DNA from: a virus
Lineage: Duplodnaviria > Caudoviricetes
Reading direction: 5' to 3' (one strand)
IMG/VR virus record: IMGVR_UViG_3300032303_001618
Location: 1 to 51,721 of that record
Length of the DNA: 51,721 nt
Shown: piece by piece, positions 43,304-51,721 of the stretch
Position numbering within the stretch: the stretch's first letter is position 1
Layout of the letters: each line of letters starts with the position of its first letter
Translations under genes and position numbers: made by a program
Notes under the pieces: model-generated
The model's input: the letters and a program-made list of their open reading frames with translations, nothing else
Told to the model about the DNA's origin: nothing
The model's database searches: none

Positions 43304-43650
43304 TTATCGTTTTTACTCCCACAACCTATACGATAGATATCATCGTCTTGTAAATTAACATAATATATTTCATAGGCTATTGTATCTTCTAAAGCTATAA
43401 ATCTATGATATAAACCATATTTAATTTCAATTGACTCACCACTAGATAATATTGTTTGATCCACTAGTTCATAGTCTTTCTGCCAAACCTCTACTTTTAT
43501 TTGTCCGCTCTCAATAAAGAACATATTATATTTATGTTCATGGTAGTGTTTAGAACACATCGCTCCTTTATTGACCGAAATTCTATGTATGGCTACATTA
43601 TTTTTATTAAAAATGGGTTGTGTTTCTCCCCAAACTTTACCGTATTTCAT
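43300..43650 (-). CDS. cupin domain protein (sugar isomerase-like)
   Basis: KVWG, SKHYH..K, L..GES..I..G.YHRF. Confidence 0.8.
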   Translation of the reverse strand: MKYGKVWGETQPIFNKNNVAIHRISVNKGAMCSKHYHEHKYNMFFIESGQIKVEVWQKDYELVDQTILSSGESIEIKYGLYHRFIALEDTIAYEIYYVNLQDDDIYRIGCGSKNDK

Positions 43651-43709
43651 ATAATTATCTAATTTTGGGTGTATTTATTATTTTAATAGTTAATTTTTAG
43701 GATTTGTCA

Positions 43710-44288
43710 ATGAGATATATTTTAATAGCAAGCAATAATTTATTATCTATAGACACAATCAACGGACTAGTCATTAATGATGATGATGTAATTATTTTAT
43801 TTAATTATATAAAATTATATTTTAAGTTTGAAAAATTACAAAAGGTTAAAAGAAAATTTGTTATGCTTAGACAAAGAAGTAAAATTACGAATGATTTTTC
43901 TCATGCTTATGCTGGAATAGATGTAGTTTCTAAAATATCTAATAATTTTGAAAGAATATTTATACATAATACACCAGATATGTGTGATTCTTATACTTGG
44001 AAAGTTTTTTGTGAAAATAGTTTAAAGTATTATGGTTTAGAAGAATCAAAAAAATTATGGAAAATAAATGTTAAAGAATTAAAAAATCAATATAAATTAA
44101 ACCATATACAAAAAGGGCTTAGCAGTGGTCTAATTATGTATCTCTACTTAAAAAAATACAAATCACCAAAAGACAGCATTGTTCTTGTAGGTTTCACCTC
44201 TAGTATTGCCTCAAAATTTCATGATCCTATATCAGAAAAGAATTTTTTAAAACAAGAACTTATTGAAGGCCATTGTGAAATGATATGA
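43710..44288 (+). CDS. degenerate GT29-like protein
   Basis: LSSGL..Y..L...I.LVGF..H....E. Confidence 0.5.
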   Translation: MRYILIASNNLLSIDTINGLVINDDDVIILFNYIKLYFKFEKLQKVKRKFVMLRQRSKITNDFSHAYAGIDVVSKISNNFERIFIHNTPDMCDSYTWKVFCENSLKYYGLEESKKLWKINVKELKNQYKLNHIQKGLSSGLIMYLYLKKYKSPKDSIVLVGFTSSIASKFHDPISEKNFLKQELIEGHCEMI

Positions 44289-44599
44289 CATTTATTTTTT
44301 TTAAATCAAAAGAAATCAGATATGCAAGCAGATCTCCTAGATGGAAAAATATAAGAAAAGAACATCTAGCAAAATATCCTAAATGTAGTGCTTGTGGAAA
44401 AACAAAAGGACTAGAGGTTCATCATATAAAACCAGTCCATAAATACCCTGAACTTGAATTAGATCCATTAAATTTAATAACATTATGCGATAATCAGTGT
44501 CATTTAACATTTGGGCATTTTATGGATTATAAGAGTTGGAATAAAGATGTGGAACATGACTGTGCGGTGTACTATAGTAAGGTGAAAAATAAGCCATGA
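44285..44599 (+). CDS. small HNH endonuclease
   Basis: W..IR..HL...P.CSACG..EVHHIKP..NLITLC...CH. Confidence 0.85.
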   Translation: MTFIFFKSKEIRYASRSPRWKNIRKEHLAKYPKCSACGKTKGLEVHHIKPVHKYPELELDPLNLITLCDNQCHLTFGHFMDYKSWNKDVEHDCAVYYSKVKNKP

Positions 44600-44614
44600 T
44601 CACGGGGGTGGTAT

Positions 44615-45364
44615 ATGAAACTCCTTTTAGTTTTAGCCATATTTATGGTAGCTTCTATCTCATTTGGTGGCACAATAGATCCAAATACCCCAGATGAAAA
44701 ATATGTGGAATATGGGTCAAAATTCAAGTTTGTTTTAAAGGTTTGCGGAAAATATAAGGATGGAAAGCCGTTTTGTGCCTCTGCTGTGGCAATAAAACCA
44801 AGATGGATAATGACAGCAGCTCATGTTGTACAGAACTGTGATACCTGTTATGTTACCTCTGGAGAGAAAAAAATATGTGTCGAGACAGTAACATATCATG
44901 AAAACTATCACGAAAAAAATTTTGGTGAATATGATATTGCTTTAGGGAATACAGAAGAAGATCTTGGATTGGATTTTTATCCAGAATTTTATAGTGATGA
45001 TGATGAGGTAGGAAAGGTGTGTTCAATATCAGGATTTGGTTTACATGGAACTTTTAATACAGGTGTAAAATATAGTGACGATAAAAGACGGGCTGGTTCT
45101 AACATAATAGAATCTATAGATAGAAAACTATTAGTCTGCACTCCTTCTCGTCATAATAGAACAGAACTGGAGTTTATTATAGGTAGTGGGGATAGTGGGG
45201 GTGGATTGTTTATTGGAGATAAATTAGCTGGTATTAATTCTTGTGTTATGGCTATGGATGGAAAGCCAGACTCAACGTATGGAGATGAGAGTGGACATAC
45301 TAGAGTTAGTTTGTATATTGATTGGATAAACAAAACAATAAACGGAGAAAATGATGAAAAATAG
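44615..45364 (+). CDS. secreted trypsin-like serine protease (S1)
   Basis: Signal peptide; TAAHV, DIAL, GDSGG triad. Confidence 0.9.
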   Translation: MKLLLVLAIFMVASISFGGTIDPNTPDEKYVEYGSKFKFVLKVCGKYKDGKPFCASAVAIKPRWIMTAAHVVQNCDTCYVTSGEKKICVETVTYHENYHEKNFGEYDIALGNTEEDLGLDFYPEFYSDDDEVGKVCSISGFGLHGTFNTGVKYSDDKRRAGSNIIESIDRKLLVCTPSRHNRTELEFIIGSGDSGGGLFIGDKLAGINSCVMAMDGKPDSTYGDESGHTRVSLYIDWINKTINGENDEK

Positions 45365-46289
45365 ACGTAATAAAAAAGATTGTGGTCTTCTTCCATATGA
45401 TAGAGAGGACGTTTATGGTTTATCAACCTCTAGCGGTCAGTATTGTGGTTGGGAAATTACCAAGTTTAATATAAAAGATCAATGGCAATATTCTAAAGGT
45501 GAAGGTGTTGTTGTTGCAGTAATAGACACTGGTTGCGATTTATATCACGATGATCTTAAAGACAATCTAGTTCAAGGTAAAAATTTTTTAGAAGATAAAG
45601 ATCCCATTGATGGTAATGGTCACGGCTCTCACGTTAGCGGTACAATCGCCGCCATAGACAATGGTTTAGGTATGGTGGGTGTTGCCCCTAAAACTAAAAT
45701 AATGCCTCTCAAGGCGTTGAATGATGATGGTATGGGTGATACCAGAGCCATAGCCGAGGCGGTATCTTGGGCAGCGGATAGTGGTGCTGATCTGATCACG
45801 ATGTCTCTTGGGTCTCCTTCTTCGCATCCCGCTATTAAACAAGCAATAGATTATGCGTGTTCTAAAAATGTTGTGGTTTTTTGTGCCGCTGGAAATGCTG
45901 GCGAAAAATCATCGATTATGTATCCTGCTAAATACTCTAATGTTGTTAGTATTGGTGCGATAGACAAGAATCTGGAAAGAACCAGCTTTACATGTAGCGG
46001 AGAAGAGCTAGATTTTTTAGCTCCTGGACATGAGATAGTCAGTGCTGTTCCGGGTAATAAATATGCTATGATGAGTGGCACAAGCATGAGTAATCCATTC
46101 GCAGTGGGCTGTGCTAGTTTACTTCTTTCGTATAGTCGCAAAATAAAGTACTCTGCTATGGACGGGATGCTAAAAACAGCAGATGACTATATTAATGTAT
46201 TTAAGAAAAAGTCTAAGTCTCTATCTAATCCAAAGTATACTGGAAAAAAAGAATATGAAGGGTATGGAATTCTTTATCCAGTTTTATAG
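45351..46289 (+). CDS. subtilisin-like serine protease (S8)
   Basis: VIDTG, HGSHVSG, AAGN, SGTSMS.P. Confidence 0.95.
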   Translation: MMKNRRNKKDCGLLPYDREDVYGLSTSSGQYCGWEITKFNIKDQWQYSKGEGVVVAVIDTGCDLYHDDLKDNLVQGKNFLEDKDPIDGNGHGSHVSGTIAAIDNGLGMVGVAPKTKIMPLKALNDDGMGDTRAIAEAVSWAADSGADLITMSLGSPSSHPAIKQAIDYACSKNVVVFCAAGNAGEKSSIMYPAKYSNVVSIGAIDKNLERTSFTCSGEELDFLAPGHEIVSAVPGNKYAMMSGTSMSNPFAVGCASLLLSYSRKIKYSAMDGMLKTADDYINVFKKKSKSLSNPKYTGKKEYEGYGILYPVL

Positions 46290-47263
46290 TTTAATATTTT
46301 TTCTTTTATGTCGTTGTAGATCCAGGTAGAAATATTTTCTTTTTCTGATAATTCGTTCTTCATCCAATCTTGTTTCATATCTTTTGAGTGTAGCCACAAA
46401 TGGCTCACATACGGATATGTGCGAATAACAGTATCCAAATATATCATCGCTAATTCTTTTGTAGTTTTATAAAAACCCCAACCATATTCTTTTAAATCTA
46501 AAAATTGTTTTTTATACATGTCGCACATTTCTCCACCTTCTGTGCATCTATCCCAGTAAGAAGAGACTGCCACAAAATCTTCATAAAGATAAAGAAGAGT
46601 AAGACCTAAGTTGATTTTATCTGGTATTTGAGAAAGGTATTTGATAACATATTCCATAGTCAATGATTGCCAAGAAAAATTATCTCCTATATAAATAGGT
46701 TTGTCTGTTTTAAGTACGCGGCTGTCTGATAAGATTTCACGGACAATAAAATGTTCTGGTTCAAAATTATGCCAACAATCATTTCTTGGAAATATAGGAA
46801 TATGTTCATAACCTTTGATTTCTCTGTATATTCCATTTATGCAATTTTTAGGCTCAATATTATTATAGTGGCAGGTATGTGGGTCGTATGATCTGCAAAT
46901 AATATTTTTTGTATTAGATATAGGATTTATGCAAAGGTCGTCTGTGTCGATATATGAGCCGCCGTATTCATAAAGAAAAATAAGTCTTAATAAATCTGAC
47001 AAATCTCTTGGATGGCTTATAGAATATAATGATATCATCGATTGATTAAAAAATTTACCTATAATATCTATGTTCCATGGTATGTGTTCTATGTCGAATT
47101 TTTTATCAAACACAATCTCTCTATTATTGGAAATAAAATATATAGGTCTTTTTTCATTAAATATTCTGGTAGAATAGATACAGTCGAGCAAGATTTTTTG
47201 TCTGCTATTTGAAATAGGTCCTTCCCAAAAAAAAATAATGTTATTAATGCTAGGTTTAATCAT
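46274..47263 (-). CDS. DxD glycosyltransferase (GT32-like)
   Basis: SDLLRL..LY.YGGSYIDTD. Confidence 0.8.
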   Translation of the reverse strand: MIKPSINNIIFFWEGPISNSRQKILLDCIYSTRIFNEKRPIYFISNNREIVFDKKFDIEHIPWNIDIIGKFFNQSMISLYSISHPRDLSDLLRLIFLYEYGGSYIDTDDLCINPISNTKNIICRSYDPHTCHYNNIEPKNCINGIYREIKGYEHIPIFPRNDCWHNFEPEHFIVREILSDSRVLKTDKPIYIGDNFSWQSLTMEYVIKYLSQIPDKINLGLTLLYLYEDFVAVSSYWDRCTEGGEMCDMYKKQFLDLKEYGWGFYKTTKELAMIYLDTVIRTYPYVSHLWLHSKDMKQDWMKNELSEKENISTWIYNDIKEKILNYKTG

Positions 47264-47264
47264 T

Positions 47265-47912
47265 TTATACAAGTAATATGTTATTGGTTCCTAAAATTTT
47301 ATTTTTAATTTCTTTTTTAATGAATAATATATCCATTTGCACTAATACGCTATCCATGTAATGCTGCTCGCAGATATCTAAAGGATAAAATCCTTTATTA
47401 AGGAAAAATTGTATATATTCATCGAACGACGGTGCTCCGTTGTTATATTGCAAGACGGGGGATTCAGAGTAAACTAAGCTAGCATTATTTAATGAAGAAA
47501 AACCTCCAGATAGTATATCTAGCTCTGACCCTTGTGTGTCTATTTTTATAAAATCCGGTAAAGGGAGATTATTTGTTGTTATGATATTATCTAATGTATT
47601 AGATATTTTGCCTTCTGGAAGAACATTTTTATAATAATTTGTGTTTTCTTTATAGTAAGATTCACCAGATTGTGCTCCTCTATAGTATTGTACATCTTGA
47701 ACCTTATTACTTAATATTTCTATAAAATATGGCATATGTGTTTTATCTAAATCATCTTTGTATGTTTCATTGCCTTCAAATAAATAAAATTGACTAGAGT
47801 TGAGAAGATCTCTCATATCCAGCGACCAGTACCCCTTCCACGCGCCGATATCATAGACAACATTTATATTTAAACCAAGACTTATTAAGGATTTAATTTT
47901 ATTTTTTAACAT
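47265..47912 (-). CDS. FkbM family methyltransferase
   Basis: YDIGA..G, FE, TLD, IKIDTQGSEL.IL.G, Q.D.LF. Confidence 0.9.
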   Translation of the reverse strand: MLKNKIKSLISLGLNINVVYDIGAWKGYWSLDMRDLLNSSQFYLFEGNETYKDDLDKTHMPYFIEILSNKVQDVQYYRGAQSGESYYKENTNYYKNVLPEGKISNTLDNIITTNNLPLPDFIKIDTQGSELDILSGGFSSLNNASLVYSESPVLQYNNGAPSFDEYIQFFLNKGFYPLDICEQHYMDSVLVQMDILFIKKEIKNKILGTNNILLV

Positions 47913-47921
47913 ATTTGAAAC

Positions 47922-48602
47922 TTATTGTAATATTTGACTATAGTAGTCTTGTTTAAAATTAGGATTAAGATGAACTACCCCTGTATCGATTTTTGCTATT
48001 TTATCCACTTTTTCTAAAACCTCATGCCCTGTGCCGATACCAGAGATATGATAGTCGCCAGTACCCCACCTGTATATCATTGTAACGTTTTCTGGACTAT
48101 GATGGAATATTTTCCCAGAATGACCGAATGTAAGTTCAGCATCTTCGTCAGATGTCTTATCTGGAAAAATTATTCTATCTAAATATTTTTTACAATACAT
48201 GTTTCCATTATTGATATTATCAGAAAGTTTTATAAATTTATTTTGAGAAAAAAAATAATGGTGCTTACTTCTGTAAATATCATAGCCGGGATTCTTAATA
48301 ACATCCTCATGTATAATTTTTATAGCATTAGGAGATAAAAGATCGTCGTCATCTAATCTATAAATATAGTCATATTTACACTGCTTGTATCCAAACTCTA
48401 TTTTAGCAGCAATGGAAGGAAATCGATCTTCATGGTTTACAATTTTAATCATTGGGTTAGTATAAACATACTCAACAAGATTAGAGTCGTTGATTATTAC
48501 CATCTCATAATCACAGCCTTTATAGGACTGAGAAAGAAAAGACTGTATTGCCTCTTCGAGCAAAGATTTTCTGTGGTAGGTTAAAGTCAGTACAGATATC
48601 AT
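47922..48602 (-). CDS. glycosyltransferase family 2
   Basis: ISVL..TY.R...L.EAI.SFL.Q, IIND, RLDDDD. Confidence 0.9.
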   Translation of the reverse strand: MISVLTLTYHRKSLLEEAIQSFLSQSYKGCDYEMVIINDSNLVEYVYTNPMIKIVNHEDRFPSIAAKIEFGYKQCKYDYIYRLDDDDLLSPNAIKIIHEDVIKNPGYDIYRSKHHYFFSQNKFIKLSDNINNGNMYCKKYLDRIIFPDKTSDEDAELTFGHSGKIFHHSPENVTMIYRWGTGDYHISGIGTGHEVLEKVDKIAKIDTGVVHLNPNFKQDYYSQILQ

Positions 48603-48638
48603 AATATTACCTTGAGGGGATATAAGAGAGTATTATAC

Positions 48639-48682
48639 CCCCGGACCTGCACAATATTATCCCCAGTATTCAATTAGTCAAG
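48639..48682 (-). repeat. 44 bp repeat / minus-strand promoter, shared with 2905-2948
   Basis: TTGACT-16-TAATAT..GCAGGTCCGGGG upstream of the GT operon. Confidence 0.6.
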
Positions 48683-48705
48683 CGAACAAATTTTTATTTC
48701 GATCC

Positions 48706-48733
48706 TTGACAAATACAAAACTGGCCATAGTAT
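48706..48733 (+). promoter_or_regulatory. sigma70-type promoter
   Basis: TTGACA-16-TAGTAT. Confidence 0.65.
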
Positions 48734-48772
48734 AAGATACACAATAGCTTCGTACTCTCACCTATAAAAAAA

Positions 48773-48955
48773 ATGAAAGATCCAGAAAACAGAAAAGATA
48801 GTCGTAGAAAAAATCTACAAAGTAATTTTCGTTCCAAGCAAGAAGTTTCCGAAGAACAAAGGTTTCTCAACAAATCTAAGAAACAGCTTAAAAAGAAAAT
48901 GGAAGATACAAGAGCAGACGAAGCGTGGGAAGATTGGGAGACAGATGAAGAATGA
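48773..48955 (+). CDS. hypothetical protein
   Basis: ORF after the promoter. Confidence 0.65.
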   Translation: MKDPENRKDSRRKNLQSNFRSKQEVSEEQRFLNKSKKQLKKKMEDTRADEAWEDWETDEE

Positions 48956-49212
48956 AATATTTAGAGGAATTAAATAACGGGGATATCTTTGCCCTTAATG
49001 ATAATAAGTTTGTATTAAGTGCAGATTTTAGACATAAGAATAAGAATGTTCAAAAGATGTGTGTTAATATATCTAATGGATTTGTGCAGTGGTTTGATGG
49101 GAATACTATAGTGGAGTATCTTGATCTATATTATAGAGATATAGATGGGAATATTTTACCACTAAAGGATTTTCCTAAAAATGACCTTTCTCAGAATAGC
49201 CACATTTCTTAA
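48952..49212 (+). CDS. hypothetical protein
   Basis: ATGA overlap, GGAG RBS. Confidence 0.7.
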   Translation: MKYLEELNNGDIFALNDNKFVLSADFRHKNKNVQKMCVNISNGFVQWFDGNTIVEYLDLYYRDIDGNILPLKDFPKNDLSQNSHIS

Positions 49213-49417
49213 ATCTTTATTTTGGCATATCTACTCTGGCTCGCCAAAAAGCTCTCAAGGCGAAATAGGTCGCAGATTTACAATATGTTCTTCGTGTGAG
49301 TTTTTTGATAGAAAAAATAGCCAATGTTTACAATGTGGCTGTAATGTAAATAATAAAAAGGTGTTTCTGAACAAACTGGCTTGGGGCGATCAGAAATGCC
49401 CAGTTGGTAAATGGTAA
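49181..49417 (+). CDS. Cys-rich protein (DUF6171-like)
   Basis: R..IC..C......C..CGC....K......CP..KW. Confidence 0.7.
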   Translation: MTFLRIATFLKSLFWHIYSGSPKSSQGEIGRRFTICSSCEFFDRKNSQCLQCGCNVNNKKVFLNKLAWGDQKCPVGKW

Positions 49418-49485
49418 AAAAAAGAGCATTACTCAAGTTAGGGGTGTAAGTAAAGCTTATAGAGCATGCCTAAAAAAACAAGGAT

Positions 49486-51721
49486 ATGATGTTAGTAAAT
49501 AAACCCCTTATATTTCTACAGTGGTTAAGAGATCAAACAAATATCTTCGATCTACAAGGCCAAGGAATCAAGAATATCTATTCCACTAATAGTGTGGGGT
49601 CTGGCTACGTATCCTATTCTTCTAGCAGTAACTTCAATTCTCTCTCTTTTCTTAGTAGAGATCGTGTTTATCTCATAGAAAGTAATTCAAACCAACTTCC
49701 ATATAGTCTGAATATACCGTCTACCCCCCCAGACTATAATGCTCCTATTTTTTATATAGTCAGAGAGCCACTAAGGACCGTAAAATATTTTGGAGATTCA
49801 GTAAATCTATCTCAGTCTCCATTTAAAGATAAGCTAATAACAGCATATACAACAAATGCCAATGGTACCGGTTACCTCTCATATTCTCCTTCTAATATTT
49901 TTAATTCATTGTCTAGTTTTACAGATAATACCTCCTATATTATTTTAAGTAAAACAGAAGAGCTTCCATACGTTTTGTATAAACCATACAACGCAAACGA
50001 AGCAACGTACAGTCAGCAAGGAAATACGATAGAGGTCACTCTCCCAAATCACGGACTTTCTGCCGGGTCTATAGTACAGTTCGAGACTATTACTGGATTA
50101 TCAATATCCGGAACTTATAACGTATCAACAATATCAAATTCTTCTACTTTTACTATTACAACAAATAATTCTATCACAACTAGTGGTACTGTTTTAATTA
50201 TTCCAAAATGTGCAGACCTATTTGTAACAGGGGATTGCGAATCTCCATGCTATCGTACAACAACTATAGGGGAAAATGGTTGTCCAGAATTAGTATGTTT
50301 AAATCTAGACGGCTCTCCGTGTGGTAGTGCCACTACTACACAACAACCGCAAACCGGAGCTTGTTGTTTCCGCCTATCAGACGGAACATTTTTAGGATGC
50401 AACATAACCACACACGAAAACTGCATGTTGGTTCCAAGACCATCCTCAATAATTACACAATTCACTCCAGGCGAGACCTGTGAACAAGTAGGCTGTGTAA
50501 GTCTGACCACGACTCCTTCTCCATGCGAAGGACAAATAGTTTGTGTTAGAGACATAATTTCTATCTTAACAGAGAATAACTTATCTATAGTTTCAGAATC
50601 TGTTAACACTCTTAGTTCTGAATCAGCCTGTCTACCAATTAGTCTTTGCGATTTTGATCCAACTCAACATGAAATTTGTGAATGTCCCACAACAACCGGT
50701 GGTCCAACTACAACCAGCGGACCAACGAACTATATTTGGACAGAAAGAGAAAGTGATCGTTCTTGGATTAGCGCAGCCAGTTCTGGTGATGGTACCAAAC
50801 TAGTTGCTGTCGAAGGCGGTGGTAGAATCTATACAAGCAATAATAGTGGTGTTGCGTGGACAGGAAGAGAAAACAACCGCAACTGGGTCGATATAACAAG
50901 CTCTAGCGATGGAACCAAACTAGTTGCTGTTGTTTATGAAGGACAAATCTACACAAGCACTGATAGTGGAGTTACATGGACAGCAAGAGAAAGCAATCGC
51001 CTTTGGGGTAGTGTGACTAGTTCTAATGACGGAACTAAACTGGCTGCTTGTGTTGAAAACGGACAAATCTATACAAGCTCTGATGGTGGAGTTACATGGA
51101 CAGCAAGAGAAAGCAATCGTGATTGGCGAAGCATAGCCAGTTCTAGCGATGGAACCAAACTAGTTGCCGTTGTTCGTCTCGATGGACAAATCTACACAAG
51201 CTCTGATGGTGGAATTACATGGACAGCCAGAGAAAGTAATCGCTCTTGGATTGGAGTAGCCAGTTCTAGCGATGGAACCAAACTGGTTGCTGTTGTTTAT
51301 GAAGGACAAATCTACACAAGCACTGATAGTGGAGTTACATGGACAGCCAGAGAAAGTAATCGCTCTTGGATTGGAGTAGCCAGTTCTAGCGATGGAACCA
51401 AACTAGTTGCTGTCGAAGTAGGTGGTAGAATCTATACAAGCAATAATAGTGGTGTTACATGGACAGCAACAGAAAATAATAATGCATGGAGAGATGTTGC
51501 TATTTCTAACGATGGAACTAAATTAATTGCTATTGATACTGGTGGAAAAATATATACTGGTGTGGAAATAACCAACACAACAACCAGGGGCCCCACCACT
51601 ACTACAGCAGTGCCAACCACAACAGCGCCAACCACAAGCGGACCGACCACAACGGGCGTTCCAACCACAAGCGGACCGACCACAACTAGCGGACCGACCA
51701 CAACGGGCGTTCCAACCACAA
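49486..51721 (+). CDS. large virion/tail-like protein with Asp-box beta-propeller and Thr-rich linker (partial, runs off window)
   Basis: Open frame from ATG 49486 (AAGGA RBS) to the end, missing from the ORF track; IYTS.D.G.TWT repeats; TTTSGP repeats. Confidence 0.85.
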   Translation, partial: MMLVNKPLIFLQWLRDQTNIFDLQGQGIKNIYSTNSVGSGYVSYSSSSNFNSLSFLSRDRVYLIESNSNQLPYSLNIPSTPPDYNAPIFYIVREPLRTVKYFGDSVNLSQSPFKDKLITAYTTNANGTGYLSYSPSNIFNSLSSFTDNTSYIILSKTEELPYVLYKPYNANEATYSQQGNTIEVTLPNHGLSAGSIVQFETITGLSISGTYNVSTISNSSTFTITTNNSITTSGTVLIIPKCADLFVTGDCESPCYRTTTIGENGCPELVCLNLDGSPCGSATTTQQPQTGACCFRLSDGTFLGCNITTHENCMLVPRPSSIITQFTPGETCEQVGCVSLTTTPSPCEGQIVCVRDIISILTENNLSIVSESVNTLSSESACLPISLCDFDPTQHEICECPTTTGGPTTTSGPTNYIWTERESDRSWISAASSGDGTKLVAVEGGGRIYTSNNSGVAWTGRENNRNWVDITSSSDGTKLVAVVYEGQIYTSTDSGVTWTARESNRLWGSVTSSNDGTKLAACVENGQIYTSSDGGVTWTARESNRDWRSIASSSDGTKLVAVVRLDGQIYTSSDGGITWTARESNRSWIGVASSSDGTKLVAVVYEGQIYTSTDSGVTWTARESNRSWIGVASSSDGTKLVAVEVGGRIYTSNNSGVTWTATENNNAWRDVAISNDGTKLIAIDTGGKIYTGVEITNTTTRGPTTTTAVPTTTAPTTSGPTTTGVPTTSGPTTTSGPTTTGVPTT
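50737..51560 (+). repeat. seven ~120 bp tandem coding repeats (BNR/Asp-box blades)
   Basis: Units start at 50737, 50857, 50977, 51097, 51220, 51340 and 51460. Confidence 0.9.

Noticed and set aside
50250-51719. Minus-strand ORFs 50250-50609 and 51432-51719
   Set aside because: Antisense of the Thr-rich + strand protein starting at 49486
1-51721. Genome-wide stop-codon reassignment
   Set aside because: TAA, TAG and TGA all terminate well-defined genes and coding density is high in code 11; only one in-frame TAA was seen

Overview
A 51.7 kb, roughly one-third GC segment of a large dsDNA bacteriophage genome that uses the standard genetic code. The host is plausibly a Planctomycete, inferred from small secreted and membrane protein families and from GC-rich codon usage in the most strongly promoted genes. 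Most of the window is a + strand array of short early genes driven by about 20 near-consensus sigma70 promoters, many with a G(C/A)CGAT motif in the spacer. Recognisable genes are DUF932, two PRTases, pentapeptide repeat proteins, ASCH, thyX, uvsE, a deaminase, endonuclease VII, ATP-dependent DNA ligase, an HhH glycosylase, thioredoxin, rIIA/rIIB, ruvB with an atypical RuvA-C adaptor, a glycosyltransferase cluster, two serine proteases and a beta-propeller virion-like protein that runs off the right end. RNA genes are tmRNA, tRNA-Leu(TAA) and an odd tRNA-Ile(TAT). The main unexplained structures are: (1) six antisense HNH/GIY-YIG cassettes that all carry an exact TTGGTGTA motif upstream, four with an embedded outward sigma70 promoter and two with a covarying pseudoknot leader; (2) two tRNA mimics with an intact acceptor/T-arm but no normal anticodon arm; (3) six TAA-N19-TT(A/G) sites, four of them in two pairs with identical 53 bp spacing flanking DUF932; (4) a dispersed TAGTCAGCG intergenic repeat. 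All calls come from reading the sequence by eye; no database searches were run.
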